From the NCBI GenBank assembly GCA_044229975.1, contig JBGARZ010000005.1:416001-480000 (forward strand): a stretch of 64,000 nucleotides of DNA, read 5' to 3'. Numbering within the stretch: the stretch's first letter is position 1; every line of letters starts with the position of its first letter. Position numbers and translations under genes: made by a program. The notes beneath the pieces are model-generated. The model had not been told where the DNA came from and did no database searches. It saw nothing but the letters and a program-made list of their open reading frames with translations. This document shows positions 28,419-37,347 of this stretch, piece by piece. Source of the stretch: Polyangiales bacterium (GTDB lineage: Bacteria; Myxococcota_A; Polyangia; Polyangiales; Ga0077539).

Positions 28419-29270
28419 ATGCCTCCCTCGCGCATCGCCTTCACCGCCCTCGCGATCGCCCTCTGCGGCGCGGCCGCGACCGCCTCGGCGCAGCCCCGCC
28501 GAAGGCCCGTCGCCACCACCGTCGCGATGGTTCACCCCGCGCCCGAGCCGCCGCCCGGCTGGGATCTCTCCAACGCCGACGACACCCTCGCCCGCATCCA
28601 GCGCGCGGCCACCGGTGACCCCCGCCGCGGAACCCTCGAGATCGCCAGCGCCCTCCTCGCGGGCGTCGAACCCCACGTCGCCGCGGCGGGCCTCGACACC
28701 CTCGGCGTGCTCGCGCGACCGGAGTCCGCCGACGCCATCCTGCGGTACCTCGATCACCGCCGGGTGTCGCTCCGCCGACGCGCGCTCATCGCCGCCGCGC
28801 GCCTCCACACGCCTGCCATGCTGCGGGCCATCGAGGTGCGCCTCGGTGACTCTGATCCAGAGGTTCGCGCCGAGGCGGCACGCACCCTCGCCGACGTGGC
28901 CGACGCGACCTCCGTGCGCGCCCTGTGGGCGGCGTTCGAGCGCGAGGCCGGGACGGGGCTCGGCTCCGAAGGGTCGTCCCTGTTGCAGGAGTCCGCGCGG
29001 GCCCTCGGGGCGCGCGGCAGCGATCAAGACGTCGAGCGACTGCTGACCTTCCTGCGACGCACGCCCTTCGGCGCGATGGCCCGCGCCTTCGAGGCCGCGC
29101 TGCGCCGCGCCGACGTCACCAACCCGGTGAAGGTCAGGGTCGTGCAGGCCCTCGCGGGCATCGCCACCCCGCAGGCCCGCGAGGTGCTCACCCGCCTCGT
29201 CGACGAGCACCGCGGCCGTCCGACGCCCGCGATCGAAGCCGCCCGCACCGCAGTGTCGAGGATCCAATGA
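28419..29270 (+). CDS. Secreted HEAT-repeat protein
   Basis: Signal peptide (ATASA-Q); HEAT motifs such as LGDSDPEVRAEAARTLA. Confidence 0.75.
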   Translation: MPPSRIAFTALAIALCGAAATASAQPRRRPVATTVAMVHPAPEPPPGWDLSNADDTLARIQRAATGDPRRGTLEIASALLAGVEPHVAAAGLDTLGVLARPESADAILRYLDHRRVSLRRRALIAAARLHTPAMLRAIEVRLGDSDPEVRAEAARTLADVADATSVRALWAAFEREAGTGLGSEGSSLLQESARALGARGSDQDVERLLTFLRRTPFGAMARAFEAALRRADVTNPVKVRVVQALAGIATPQAREVLTRLVDEHRGRPTPAIEAARTAVSRIQ

Positions 29271-31444
29271 AGCGTTCCGCCCTCCCCCTCGTCGCCCTCG
29301 CCTTGAGCCTCGGCTGCTCCATCGCCATCCAGCGCGGGGCCTTCTCGCTGAGCACGCCCGCGTCCGATGCCAACAACCTCCGCGCGGTCACCGAGCGCGT
29401 TCGCACCGCGGCCCCGTCTGCCGAGCGCGCGACCGCGGCCATCGTCGCCGACGACCCCGCGCAGGGGCTCACCGTCGTCGACCTCGAAAACGGCAGCGCC
29501 CTCGGCCGCGTCGCCGCTCCGCTCACCTCGCGCCCCGTGCTCGCGGGCGACCTCGTCATCGCGCGCTCGGGCGGGGCCATTCGCGCGTGGTCGTTTCAGG
29601 GCGCCGAGCGCTGGCACATCGCCGACGACGGCCTCGACCTCGTGGGCGCGAGCCGCGACGGCGACCGCGTGGCCATCGTCCTCGGCGGCGCGGGCGTGAC
29701 CCGGCGGCGGGGCATCCTCCACGTGGTGCAGGCGAGCGACGGGAGCACCGTGGCGCGCACCGAGATCGCCCACGCCCTGGGCCCGCCCACGCTGGTGGGT
29801 GACGACGTCTTCCTCCCGTGGGACGGGCAGAACCTCTCGGTGCTCGACGCGCGCAACGGCGACGAGCTGTCGCGCGTTCGCAGCCGCGACGACGTGGTGG
29901 GCTTCACCTTCCGCGAAGGGTCGGTGGTGTACTTCGGCGCCCGCGCGCTCTACCGCCTCGGCCCCGAGGCCGCCGCCGGAACAACCGAAGCGACGCCCCA
30001 CTACATGCCTCGCCGCGACGAGCTGCCGGGCGCCGCGCCCTTCGCCCTCGACGCGTACACCACGCTGCGAGCGGGCGTCGACGCGCGCGAGCGGGTGCGC
30101 CTCGTGTGGCGGCCCGACCCGGTGCAGCCCGGCGTGACCCTGCTGCACAACACGGTGTTCGCGCTCTACCACCGCGACGTGTTCGCCATCGACGCGGCGT
30201 CGGGCGCGCTGCGCTGGGCGTACGTGAGCCACAACGACCTCGCGGGCGTGGCCGTGGTGCGCGCGGGCGTCGTGGCCATCGACGACCACGGCGGCGCGTC
30301 GTTGCTCGCCCCCGAAGACGGGCGCGTGCGCTGGCGGCTCGCGCTGCCCGCGACGGGTCCGCAGGCGGTGTTGCAGATGCCGATGGAGTTCGCGCCGACC
30401 TTCAACGCGAGCGACCCGCCGCGTCCGCTGGTGGAGTCGCTGCTCGAAGCGGCGGGTGGGTCGGATGCACGATTGCTCCCGGCGCAGCGCTTCGCGGCGC
30501 AGGCCCTCGCGACGCTGCCCGGCGCGCCCGCGACGGCTGCGCTGGTGTCGATCCTGACGCGGCGGGGATTGTCGCCGGAGCTGCGGGGCGTGGTGGGCGA
30601 AGGGCTCGTCACCCGCACCGAAGGCACCGACGCGATGCTCGAAGCGCTCGATCATCACTTCGACCACGTGCGCGGGGTGGACGTTCCGCCGGTGGGCTTC
30701 CTCGCGCGGGCGCTGTCGCACGCGCACGAGCGGCGCGCGGTGGCGTTGCTGGTGTCGCACCTCTTCGACCCGGCCACGCCGACGGATGACCTCGCGCCCA
30801 TCGTGGTGGCGCTGCGCGAGCTCGGCGACCCGTCGTCGGTGAACGCGCTCGCGGACTTCGTGCGGCTCTATCACGCCGACGTCGGGGCGGTTCCGCCGGT
30901 GGGCGGAGGCGATGCGGTCATCGAGCGCGACCTCGGCGAGCAGCAGCACCTCAACGCCGCGGTCGAAGAGGCCGTGGAGACCATCGCCCGGATGGGCGGC
31001 GCGCCGGAGCGGGCGCTGCTCGACCGGGTGCGCGCGCACGGAGCGGCCCCGGAGACGGTGCGCGGCGCGGCGTCACGGGTGCGCGACGGCGCAGAGCCCG
31101 AGGCGCCCGCCGCCACGGGAGATGGCGCGACCGGCGACGGGGCCGCGGCGGCGGGCAGCGACATGAGCTTCGGCGCGGCGTCGCAGCGGGTGAGCATGGA
31201 CGCCATCGACACGGCGATGGCGCCGCGGCGGGCGGAGATCATGGCGTGCCTGCGCGACGCGCCCTCGCGGCCGGCGCAGCTGCGGGTGCAGTTTCGCTAC
31301 GACGGCGACGGGCACATCAGCCGGGTATCGGTGATGCCGCAGAGCTTCGAGGCGTGCGTGGCGCCCATCGTCGCGGGGGTGTCCCTGCCGACGTCGCTCG
31401 CCGTGCGCGAGCTCGCCACGTGGATCTTCAGCACGGCGCAGTAG
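29267..31444 (+). CDS. Lipoprotein: PQQ-type beta-propeller + HEAT region + C-terminal AgmX/TonB-C-like domain
   Basis: ATGA overlap with the previous gene; lipobox LSLGC; propeller motifs AIDAASGALRW and APEDGRVRW; C-terminal IMAC...VQFRYDGDGHISRV...FEACV. Confidence 0.7.
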   Translation: MKRSALPLVALALSLGCSIAIQRGAFSLSTPASDANNLRAVTERVRTAAPSAERATAAIVADDPAQGLTVVDLENGSALGRVAAPLTSRPVLAGDLVIARSGGAIRAWSFQGAERWHIADDGLDLVGASRDGDRVAIVLGGAGVTRRRGILHVVQASDGSTVARTEIAHALGPPTLVGDDVFLPWDGQNLSVLDARNGDELSRVRSRDDVVGFTFREGSVVYFGARALYRLGPEAAAGTTEATPHYMPRRDELPGAAPFALDAYTTLRAGVDARERVRLVWRPDPVQPGVTLLHNTVFALYHRDVFAIDAASGALRWAYVSHNDLAGVAVVRAGVVAIDDHGGASLLAPEDGRVRWRLALPATGPQAVLQMPMEFAPTFNASDPPRPLVESLLEAAGGSDARLLPAQRFAAQALATLPGAPATAALVSILTRRGLSPELRGVVGEGLVTRTEGTDAMLEALDHHFDHVRGVDVPPVGFLARALSHAHERRAVALLVSHLFDPATPTDDLAPIVVALRELGDPSSVNALADFVRLYHADVGAVPPVGGGDAVIERDLGEQQHLNAAVEEAVETIARMGGAPERALLDRVRAHGAAPETVRGAASRVRDGAEPEAPAATGDGATGDGAAAAGSDMSFGAASQRVSMDAIDTAMAPRRAEIMACLRDAPSRPAQLRVQFRYDGDGHISRVSVMPQSFEACVAPIVAGVSLPTSLAVRELATWIFSTAQ

Positions 31445-31448
31445 CAAC

Positions 31449-32408
31449 TCACCGCCCTGCGCCCGCACACCCATCCGCCTCGCGCCCGAACGCCAGCACC
31501 TCCTGCTCGCACCGCCACGTCCCGCACAGCGCAGCGATGGCGTAGCGAGCGCCCGGCCGATCGACCAGCGCGGAGTCGTGCCGGTACTGGTGCCACGTCC
31601 CGGTCTTCCGGTAGACGTGGGCGCCCGGCCAGCGCTCCAGCACCGCGCGCCGGATGCGATTGTGGAAGGCCGACGGCTCCAACAGCACGCGCATCTCGGC
31701 GCTCGACGCGGCGTCGACGAGGCGGTCCTGCCCCAGCAGCGTGTAGAAGGTCACCAGCGAGCGCGCCGTCGCCGCGTGGGCGAGGTTGCGCATCGGCTCC
31801 GGTCGCCACACCGGGTCGTGGAAGAACCCCCGTCCCAGCCACACGCCACCGCCCAGCGCTGGGTCGTAGATGCCCGCGTCCCACAGCCACGACGCGACGC
31901 GCGGCAAGCCCGTGCGATGCGCCGCCGCCGTCGCCGCGCGGTTGTTGGAGTGGAAGATCATCAGCCGCAGCTCTTCGCGATATGCCCGCGTGAAGTTCGC
32001 GGGTGACCCTTCGAAGGCGCCCGTCCCCACTGGCGCCGCACCCGCCCGCACGTCCCTGCGCCACTGAAACGCCGCGCCCAGCGTGGCGATCTTCGGGACG
32101 CTCGCGCCGTACATCATCCGCGTGTCGACGATGCCCGCGTAGGCCGGGTGCTCGGCGTCGGCGGTGAGGTCGGCCATCGCCACCGAGAAGCGCCCCTCGC
32201 GCGCGTCGGTCTGCAGCCCCATCCGCGCGACCACGCCGTCGAGGCAGCGCTGAAGCGTCGCCGACGGGCGCAGGTGCGGATCGACCCGCAGCGACGGACG
32301 CGCCGGCCCCGGCAGCCACGTCGGTCGCGCCATCACGCGCGGCTGCGCCCAGAGCGGCGCCGTCAGCAGCGCAACGGCGGTGAGCGACACGCGAGCGGAG
32401 TGCGCCAT
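31449..32408 (-). CDS. Secreted serine hydrolase, class A beta-lactamase-like
   Basis: SxxK (ASVPK), SxN (SNNRA) and KTG motifs; signal peptide. Start placed at ATG 32408. Confidence 0.85.
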   Translation of the reverse strand: MAHSARVSLTAVALLTAPLWAQPRVMARPTWLPGPARPSLRVDPHLRPSATLQRCLDGVVARMGLQTDAREGRFSVAMADLTADAEHPAYAGIVDTRMMYGASVPKIATLGAAFQWRRDVRAGAAPVGTGAFEGSPANFTRAYREELRLMIFHSNNRAATAAAHRTGLPRVASWLWDAGIYDPALGGGVWLGRGFFHDPVWRPEPMRNLAHAATARSLVTFYTLLGQDRLVDAASSAEMRVLLEPSAFHNRIRRAVLERWPGAHVYRKTGTWHQYRHDSALVDRPGARYAIAALCGTWRCEQEVLAFGREADGCAGAGR

Positions 32409-32429
32409 CAGTCGAACATCGCACCGACA

Positions 32430-32690
32430 CGACCGCGCGCTCAACCGACCGGGTGGTACCTGAGGTTCGGAGAAGGTGTCTTGGCGACGCGAGGTGCTCT
32501 TCGTCGATTGAGACGAGGGACCGGCGTTCGTGAGAACGCCGGAATCCAGAGCGCGACGGAGCGCTTTTCGATGGGTGACCAAGACGTGATGTGTCGCCGC
32601 GGATTCCGGCGTTCTCACGAACGCCGGTCCTTTGTGGGGACCGACGACAGCGCCGTCCTCGACCGCGCGCTCAACTGACCGGGTGGTACC
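32430..32690. repeat. REPIN-like element: two inverted 30-bp palindromic units inside 31-bp direct repeats
   Basis: Direct repeat cgaccgcgcgctcaac(c/t)gaccgggtggtacc at 32430 and 32660. Perfect inverted pair ggaccggcgttcgtgagaacgccggaatcc (32518-32547) and 32601-32630. Confidence 0.85.
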
Positions 32691-32715
32691 GTCGTGACGC
32701 TCGGAGGCGTGGACG

Positions 32716-33369
32716 ATGGCCAACACGTTGCAGCTCCTCGTTCTGGTGGTTCCGCTGCTCGGGATGGCGGCGTGCCTTGAAGACCCAGCGCCGCCTCGGG
32801 TCAACTCGCAGCCGACGTGCGTGCCGTCGGCACCATCGCAGCGTCCACCGCCGCCGCCCATCGAGGTGACGTCCTCGTCCTTCAGCGAGAGCGCGACGGT
32901 GCGCGACCCGTTTCGGGAGACGCATGGTTTCATGTGCGATCTTGGCTGGGAGATGCGGGAGGCGATCAAGAGGCGCGAGCTCGCCACAGCGCTGCGCGAC
33001 GTTCCCATCGGCGAGCTGAGGCTGGTCGGGGTGGTCACCTCCGCGCACGAGCGCGTCGCAATGCTGGTCGGCCCGTCGGGTCAGGGCGCCTCCGTGCGCC
33101 GCGAGCAGCAGGTCGGTGAAACCGAGATCGTCCACTCCAACATCGAGGGCCGCACCGACTACGCCGTGAAATGGCGGGTGTCCCGCGTCGAGCCATCGCG
33201 CACGCGCCGCGACGCCGAAGGCCGCTTCGTCGAGTCCGCCGCCAGGGTCGTCTTCGAACGGGAGGATCCCCTCAACCCCAACGGTGGTCCCGTCTACTCC
33301 ACCGTGACGGCCGCCGAACGCCCCGCCCTGCGCGGCACGCTCCGTCTCGCCAGCGCCGCGACGCGCTGA
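32716..33369 (+). CDS. PilP-like lipoprotein, copy 1
   Basis: Lipobox MAAC; RDPF motif; LRLVGVV...AMLVGPSGQG..VRR...VG beta domain typical of PilP. Confidence 0.65.
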   Translation: MANTLQLLVLVVPLLGMAACLEDPAPPRVNSQPTCVPSAPSQRPPPPPIEVTSSSFSESATVRDPFRETHGFMCDLGWEMREAIKRRELATALRDVPIGELRLVGVVTSAHERVAMLVGPSGQGASVRREQQVGETEIVHSNIEGRTDYAVKWRVSRVEPSRTRRDAEGRFVESAARVVFEREDPLNPNGGPVYSTVTAAERPALRGTLRLASAATR

Positions 33370-33441
33370 TCGCCGGTGCCCACGGGCACGACCGCTTCAC
33401 AGGCCCTGGTGGTAGCTTCGATCGATCAGGAGGTATCGGTG

Positions 33442-34080
33442 ATGTCGAGAACTGTCCCGCTCTCCACCATGGTGTTCGCCCTTCTCACGACGGCCGCGTG
33501 CCGCGAGGAGCCCGCTCCGCTTCCGGTCGCTCCCGTCGCAGTGCGCCCGGCGCGCGAGCCCCGCACGACGGCGCCCGCGGCCACTGCTCCGACCATCGAG
33601 TCGCCCGCGCCGACGGCCTTCCGCGAGGGCCCGACGGTGCGCGACCCGTTTCGCGTGATGCTTCCGACAGTCGTCGTGCCCGCCGAGGTGACCGACGGCG
33701 ACTCTCCCCTGCACGATGTCGCCATCGGCGACCTCCGGTTGCTCGCCGTGGTGGCCGCCAGCGACGGTCCCGTCGCGATGGTGGCCGACGCCTCGGGTTG
33801 GGGCACCACCATCCGTCGCGGGATGCGCGTCGGCCGACGCGAGGTCGTTCGCGACCACGACGTCGACTACTCGGTGCGCTGGCGTGTGGCGCGCATCAAC
33901 CCGTCGCACCTCTCGCGCGGCGCTGACGGTCGGCTCGCGGAGTCCGCCGCCGAGGTGGTCTTCGAGCAGGATGACCCCACGGGGCGGAGCGTCCCCCGCG
34001 AGCGCTCGCTCACGCTGGCACCCGCCGAGCGCACCGCGATGCGCGGCACCTTCCGCCTCGCCAGCGCCGCCACGTACTGA
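33442..34080 (+). CDS. PilP-like lipoprotein, copy 2
   Basis: aggagg SD; lipobox TAAC; RDPF; LRLLAVV...AMVADASGWG..IRRGMRVG. Paralog of the upstream gene. Confidence 0.65.
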   Translation: MSRTVPLSTMVFALLTTAACREEPAPLPVAPVAVRPAREPRTTAPAATAPTIESPAPTAFREGPTVRDPFRVMLPTVVVPAEVTDGDSPLHDVAIGDLRLLAVVAASDGPVAMVADASGWGTTIRRGMRVGRREVVRDHDVDYSVRWRVARINPSHLSRGADGRLAESAAEVVFEQDDPTGRSVPRERSLTLAPAERTAMRGTFRLASAATY

Positions 34081-34114
34081 TCCGCACCCCGACGTGACGT
34101 GCGTTCACGGAAAA

Positions 34115-34230
34115 GGCCGCAAGGGCGCCAGGGTCGCAAGGAGAAGAATGGATTGAAGGACCGTCGCGCGGGGGTCCCCTTGCCCGACGTGCCTTTGTCT
34201 TCCCCTTGCGACCCCTGCGCCCTTGCGGCC
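34115..34230. repeat. Imperfect inverted repeat (33-bp arms, about 3 mismatches), cgcaagg-type REP-like
   Basis: ggccgcaagggcgccagggtcgcaaggagaaga (34115-34147) versus tcttccccttgcgacccctgcgcccttgcggcc (34198-34230). Confidence 0.75.
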
Positions 34231-34262
34231 CCTTCCACGCACGCCACGCTCACCATCTCCCC

Positions 34263-34877
34263 ATGAGCCTCAACGCCCTCGCCTCCCTCTGGATCGTCCA
34301 CCCCGACGCAGCCGCCTGCGACGTCATGCGCGCACACTTCGCCGACCTCCGCTCCGTCACGGTTCACACTGCGCGCTTCGCCGATCTGCCTCCGCACGAC
34401 GCGTTCGTCACCGCAGGCAATGCCTACGGCATCATGACCGCCGGCATCGACGCCGCCGTGGTCGCCCGCTTCGGCCGCGGGCTCATGCAGACGGTGCAGC
34501 GCCACATCGTCGGGGCCTTCCTCGGTGAGCAGCCCGTCGGCACGGCCTTCGTCATCGAGACCGGCGACCCGTGGTGCCCACGGCTGGTTCACGCGCCGAC
34601 CATGCGTATCCCCGGCTCCATCGCCGGGACCGACGCCGTCTACCGCGCGACCTGGGCGGCGCTGCTCGCCGTGCACCGGGAGAACCTCCGCGCCGACGAC
34701 CCGATCCGCACGCTCTGCCTGCCCGCGATGGGCTGCGGCTTCGGCGCGATGAGCTTCGACGAGTCCGCCCGCCAGATGGCCGCCGCGTACCGCCACGCGC
34801 TGCGCCCTCCGACCACGCTGGGCACCGACTGGGATCTGCCCCTCGAACGCGAGCGCGCCATCCGTCCGCAGCGCTAA
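34263..34877 (+). CDS. Macro-domain (ADP-ribose/Appr-1''-p processing) protein
   Basis: VTAGNAYGIMTAGIDAAV, VHAPTM and LPAMGCGFG macro motifs. Confidence 0.85.
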   Translation: MSLNALASLWIVHPDAAACDVMRAHFADLRSVTVHTARFADLPPHDAFVTAGNAYGIMTAGIDAAVVARFGRGLMQTVQRHIVGAFLGEQPVGTAFVIETGDPWCPRLVHAPTMRIPGSIAGTDAVYRATWAALLAVHRENLRADDPIRTLCLPAMGCGFGAMSFDESARQMAAAYRHALRPPTTLGTDWDLPLERERAIRPQR

Positions 34878-34914
34878 CCGCACGGCTGCGTCGACAACCC
34901 CCGCCGCCTTCTCC

Positions 34915-36219
34915 TCAGCGAGCGCCCGTCCGTCGCCTCCGCGTCGCGACCCACCCGAGCGCCGCGAGCGCTCCCCACCCCGCTCCACCGCCCGCGCGGC
35001 CACCCACCCGACCAACGTCACACGACGTGTCCGCCGCTGCCGTCGTTGCAGGCGGCATCACCCCCGCGTCGGTCACCACCTCGCCCGCGTCGTCGACCGC
35101 TGCCTCGCCCGCGTCGTCGGGCTTCGCCATCCCGGCGTCTTCGGGCACCGCTGGCCTCGTGCTCGGGTCGCGCACGCACAACCCGCCACTCTCCCGGCAC
35201 TGCCAACCCTCCGGGCACGCGTCGCAGTCGATGGTGGTGCACTCGCGCGCCCAGCCCGTCGGTCGGCAGTACAGCGCCGGATCACACTGGTCGTCGTTGG
35301 CGCACGCCTCACCCTGGACACCCGCTCGCGCCTCCGGTGCGGTCACCCACGACGGCGCGGGGTATCCACCCTCCTCCACCGCACGCGCGGCCTCGGCGCG
35401 GATCCACCCGGCAAAGCTGTCGACCCGCGTGTACACGGGCGACTCGCACGCGCCCGACCGCCCTCGCGACAACACGCCAAACACCTCACCGATCTCATCG
35501 AGCGCCGGCCCTCCGGAGTCACCGCGGCAGGTGCCCGTGTCGGCGAGCCACTCGCTCTCCTCGCGCAAGGTCAACCCGCGGCTCTCCTCGAAGCCCACGA
35601 GGCGCACCATCAGGCCCTCGCGCATGCGCCGACGCCCCGAACCGCCGCCCTCGCCGGTGGTCGCCCCGTACCCGCTGGCCGTGAACACCTCGTCGACGCT
35701 CGGCGGCATGTCGAGTCGCGGGCGAAGGGGCGCCACGCTGGTGATGGGAGACGCCAGGCGCAGCAGCGCGATGTCGTGCCCACAGAGCGGCACCCCCAGG
35801 GAGTCGGGCGGGGTGAGCACCTCCGAGACGCGCGTGATCGACGACGCGCGCATCAGCACGGCCGACGTCGTCACATAGAACGACACCGCGGGATGGGTCT
35901 CCTCCGTCAGCGTCGTGCGCAGGGTCATCCCGTTGACCCGGACGTCCGAGCACACGACGCCGCCCTCCTCGGTGGGCGAGACGCAGTGCCGGGCCGTGAG
36001 CACCAGCGTCGGCGTGATGAGCGACCCCGTGCACGTCGCGAGGCCGCCCGAGCGCAGGATCGCGATGCCCACCACGTTGGTGTGCGTGGTGTCGTCGACG
36101 CCGCCCGCGATGGCCTGCGTAGCCCGCGTCGGACCATGCGCGGCGTCGTCGCCGCCCGAGCAGCCACCGAGCGCCAGCGTGAGGAGCGGGAGTGCGATGC
36201 GAGGCAGGCGGACGACCAT
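34915..36219 (-). CDS. S1 (trypsin-like) serine protease, lipoprotein with MYXO-CTERM-like tail
   Basis: LTARHC, DIALL and GDSGGP triad; lipobox LGGC; C-terminal SC...GWGALAALGWVATRRRR; ggagg SD before ATG 36219. Confidence 0.9.
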   Translation of the reverse strand: MVVRLPRIALPLLTLALGGCSGGDDAAHGPTRATQAIAGGVDDTTHTNVVGIAILRSGGLATCTGSLITPTLVLTARHCVSPTEEGGVVCSDVRVNGMTLRTTLTEETHPAVSFYVTTSAVLMRASSITRVSEVLTPPDSLGVPLCGHDIALLRLASPITSVAPLRPRLDMPPSVDEVFTASGYGATTGEGGGSGRRRMREGLMVRLVGFEESRGLTLREESEWLADTGTCRGDSGGPALDEIGEVFGVLSRGRSGACESPVYTRVDSFAGWIRAEAARAVEEGGYPAPSWVTAPEARAGVQGEACANDDQCDPALYCRPTGWARECTTIDCDACPEGWQCRESGGLCVRDPSTRPAVPEDAGMAKPDDAGEAAVDDAGEVVTDAGVMPPATTAAADTSCDVGRVGGRAGGGAGWGALAALGWVATRRRRTGAR

Positions 36220-36322
36220 CGACGAGACCTCCAACCACGCCATCGGCGGGTGCGGAGTCCCTACACGGCGACGCCTTGCGTGGGAAGGGGAGGCCCGCTG
36301 CCCGCACGGAGCGGGCGCAGGC

Positions 36323-37342
36323 TCAGGGCTGATAGCGACGCCGGATGGCGGGGACGAGGTACTCCTCGAAGGCACGGTCGAGGTCGTAGGCGGGCTTCCA
36401 TCCCCAGTCGGCGTGGGCGCGGACGTCGTCGACGTCGCCGGGCCACGAGTCGACGATGCGCGCGCGCGCCGCATCCGGCTCGAAGCTGATGTCCGCCGCC
36501 GGGAAGAACTCCTTCACCTTGTCGGCGAACTGCTGCGCCGACAGGCTGAAGGCCCCGACGTTGTAGCTCGGCAACGAGAGCGTCCCGGCCGGAGCGTCGA
36601 GCAGTTGCAGCAGCGCGCGCACCGCGTCGGGCATCGCCATGAAGGGCAGGCGCGCCTCGGGGCCCACGAAGCACGCGTAGGGCTTGCCCTGCGCCGCGGC
36701 GTGGAGCATCTCGGGGCCGTAATCGCTGGTCCCACCGGTGGGGACGGTGTCCGCCGAGATGAGCCCCGGGAAGCGCAGCGCGCGGAAGTCGAGACGCGCC
36801 GCGGCCGAAGCACCCACCGAGCGGTAGTGCCGCATGAAGTACCGACCGAGGTGCTCGCAGTACAGCTTGTTGCAGCCGTACATGGTGATCGGTTCGAGGA
36901 AGTCTTCCTCCGTCACGCGGGGGGTGCCGGCCTTCGCGTCGAGCGAGGGGACGCCGTACACGGCGATGGAGCTCGGCAGGATGAAGCGCACGGCCTTGCC
37001 CAGCCGCGCCGACTGCTGCTGCGCCATGCGCATGAGGTGGAGCGTTCCCTCGACGTTGATCTGGTGCGCGAGGTCGGGGTCGCGCTCGCCGCGCGTGGAG
37101 AGCAGCGCCGCGAGGTGAAACACCACCTCGATCTCGTGGTGCGCCGCGAGCTGGTCGAGCAGGTAGCGGTCGAGGATGTTGCCCGCGTAGCTCTCATGGC
37201 ACATCGACCGGAACTTCTCGGGCAACGGCGTCAGGTCGAGCGTCACGACCCGGTACCTACCGTCGGCGTGGAGGCGCTCCAGGAGCGAGCGGCCGATCTC
37301 GCCGTTGGCGCCGGTGATGAGGGCGACGGGAGGGGGCGCCAC
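36323..37342 (-). CDS. Extended SDR, likely L-threonine 3-dehydrogenase-type
   Basis: TGANGEIG, HLAALLS, PSSIAVYG, YGCNK, RFPGLIS and GGTSDY. GTG start inside the longer ORF. Confidence 0.8.
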   Translation of the reverse strand: MAPPPVALITGANGEIGRSLLERLHADGRYRVVTLDLTPLPEKFRSMCHESYAGNILDRYLLDQLAAHHEIEVVFHLAALLSTRGERDPDLAHQINVEGTLHLMRMAQQQSARLGKAVRFILPSSIAVYGVPSLDAKAGTPRVTEEDFLEPITMYGCNKLYCEHLGRYFMRHYRSVGASAAARLDFRALRFPGLISADTVPTGGTSDYGPEMLHAAAQGKPYACFVGPEARLPFMAMPDAVRALLQLLDAPAGTLSLPSYNVGAFSLSAQQFADKVKEFFPAADISFEPDAARARIVDSWPGDVDDVRAHADWGWKPAYDLDRAFEEYLVPAIRRRYQP

Positions 37343-37347
37343 GGGTC

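Noticed and set aside
31449..32408. Bona fide antibiotic-resistance beta-lactamase
   Set aside because: SxxK/SxN/KTG motifs are present, but no clear class A omega-loop ExxLN motif; called only a serine hydrolase.
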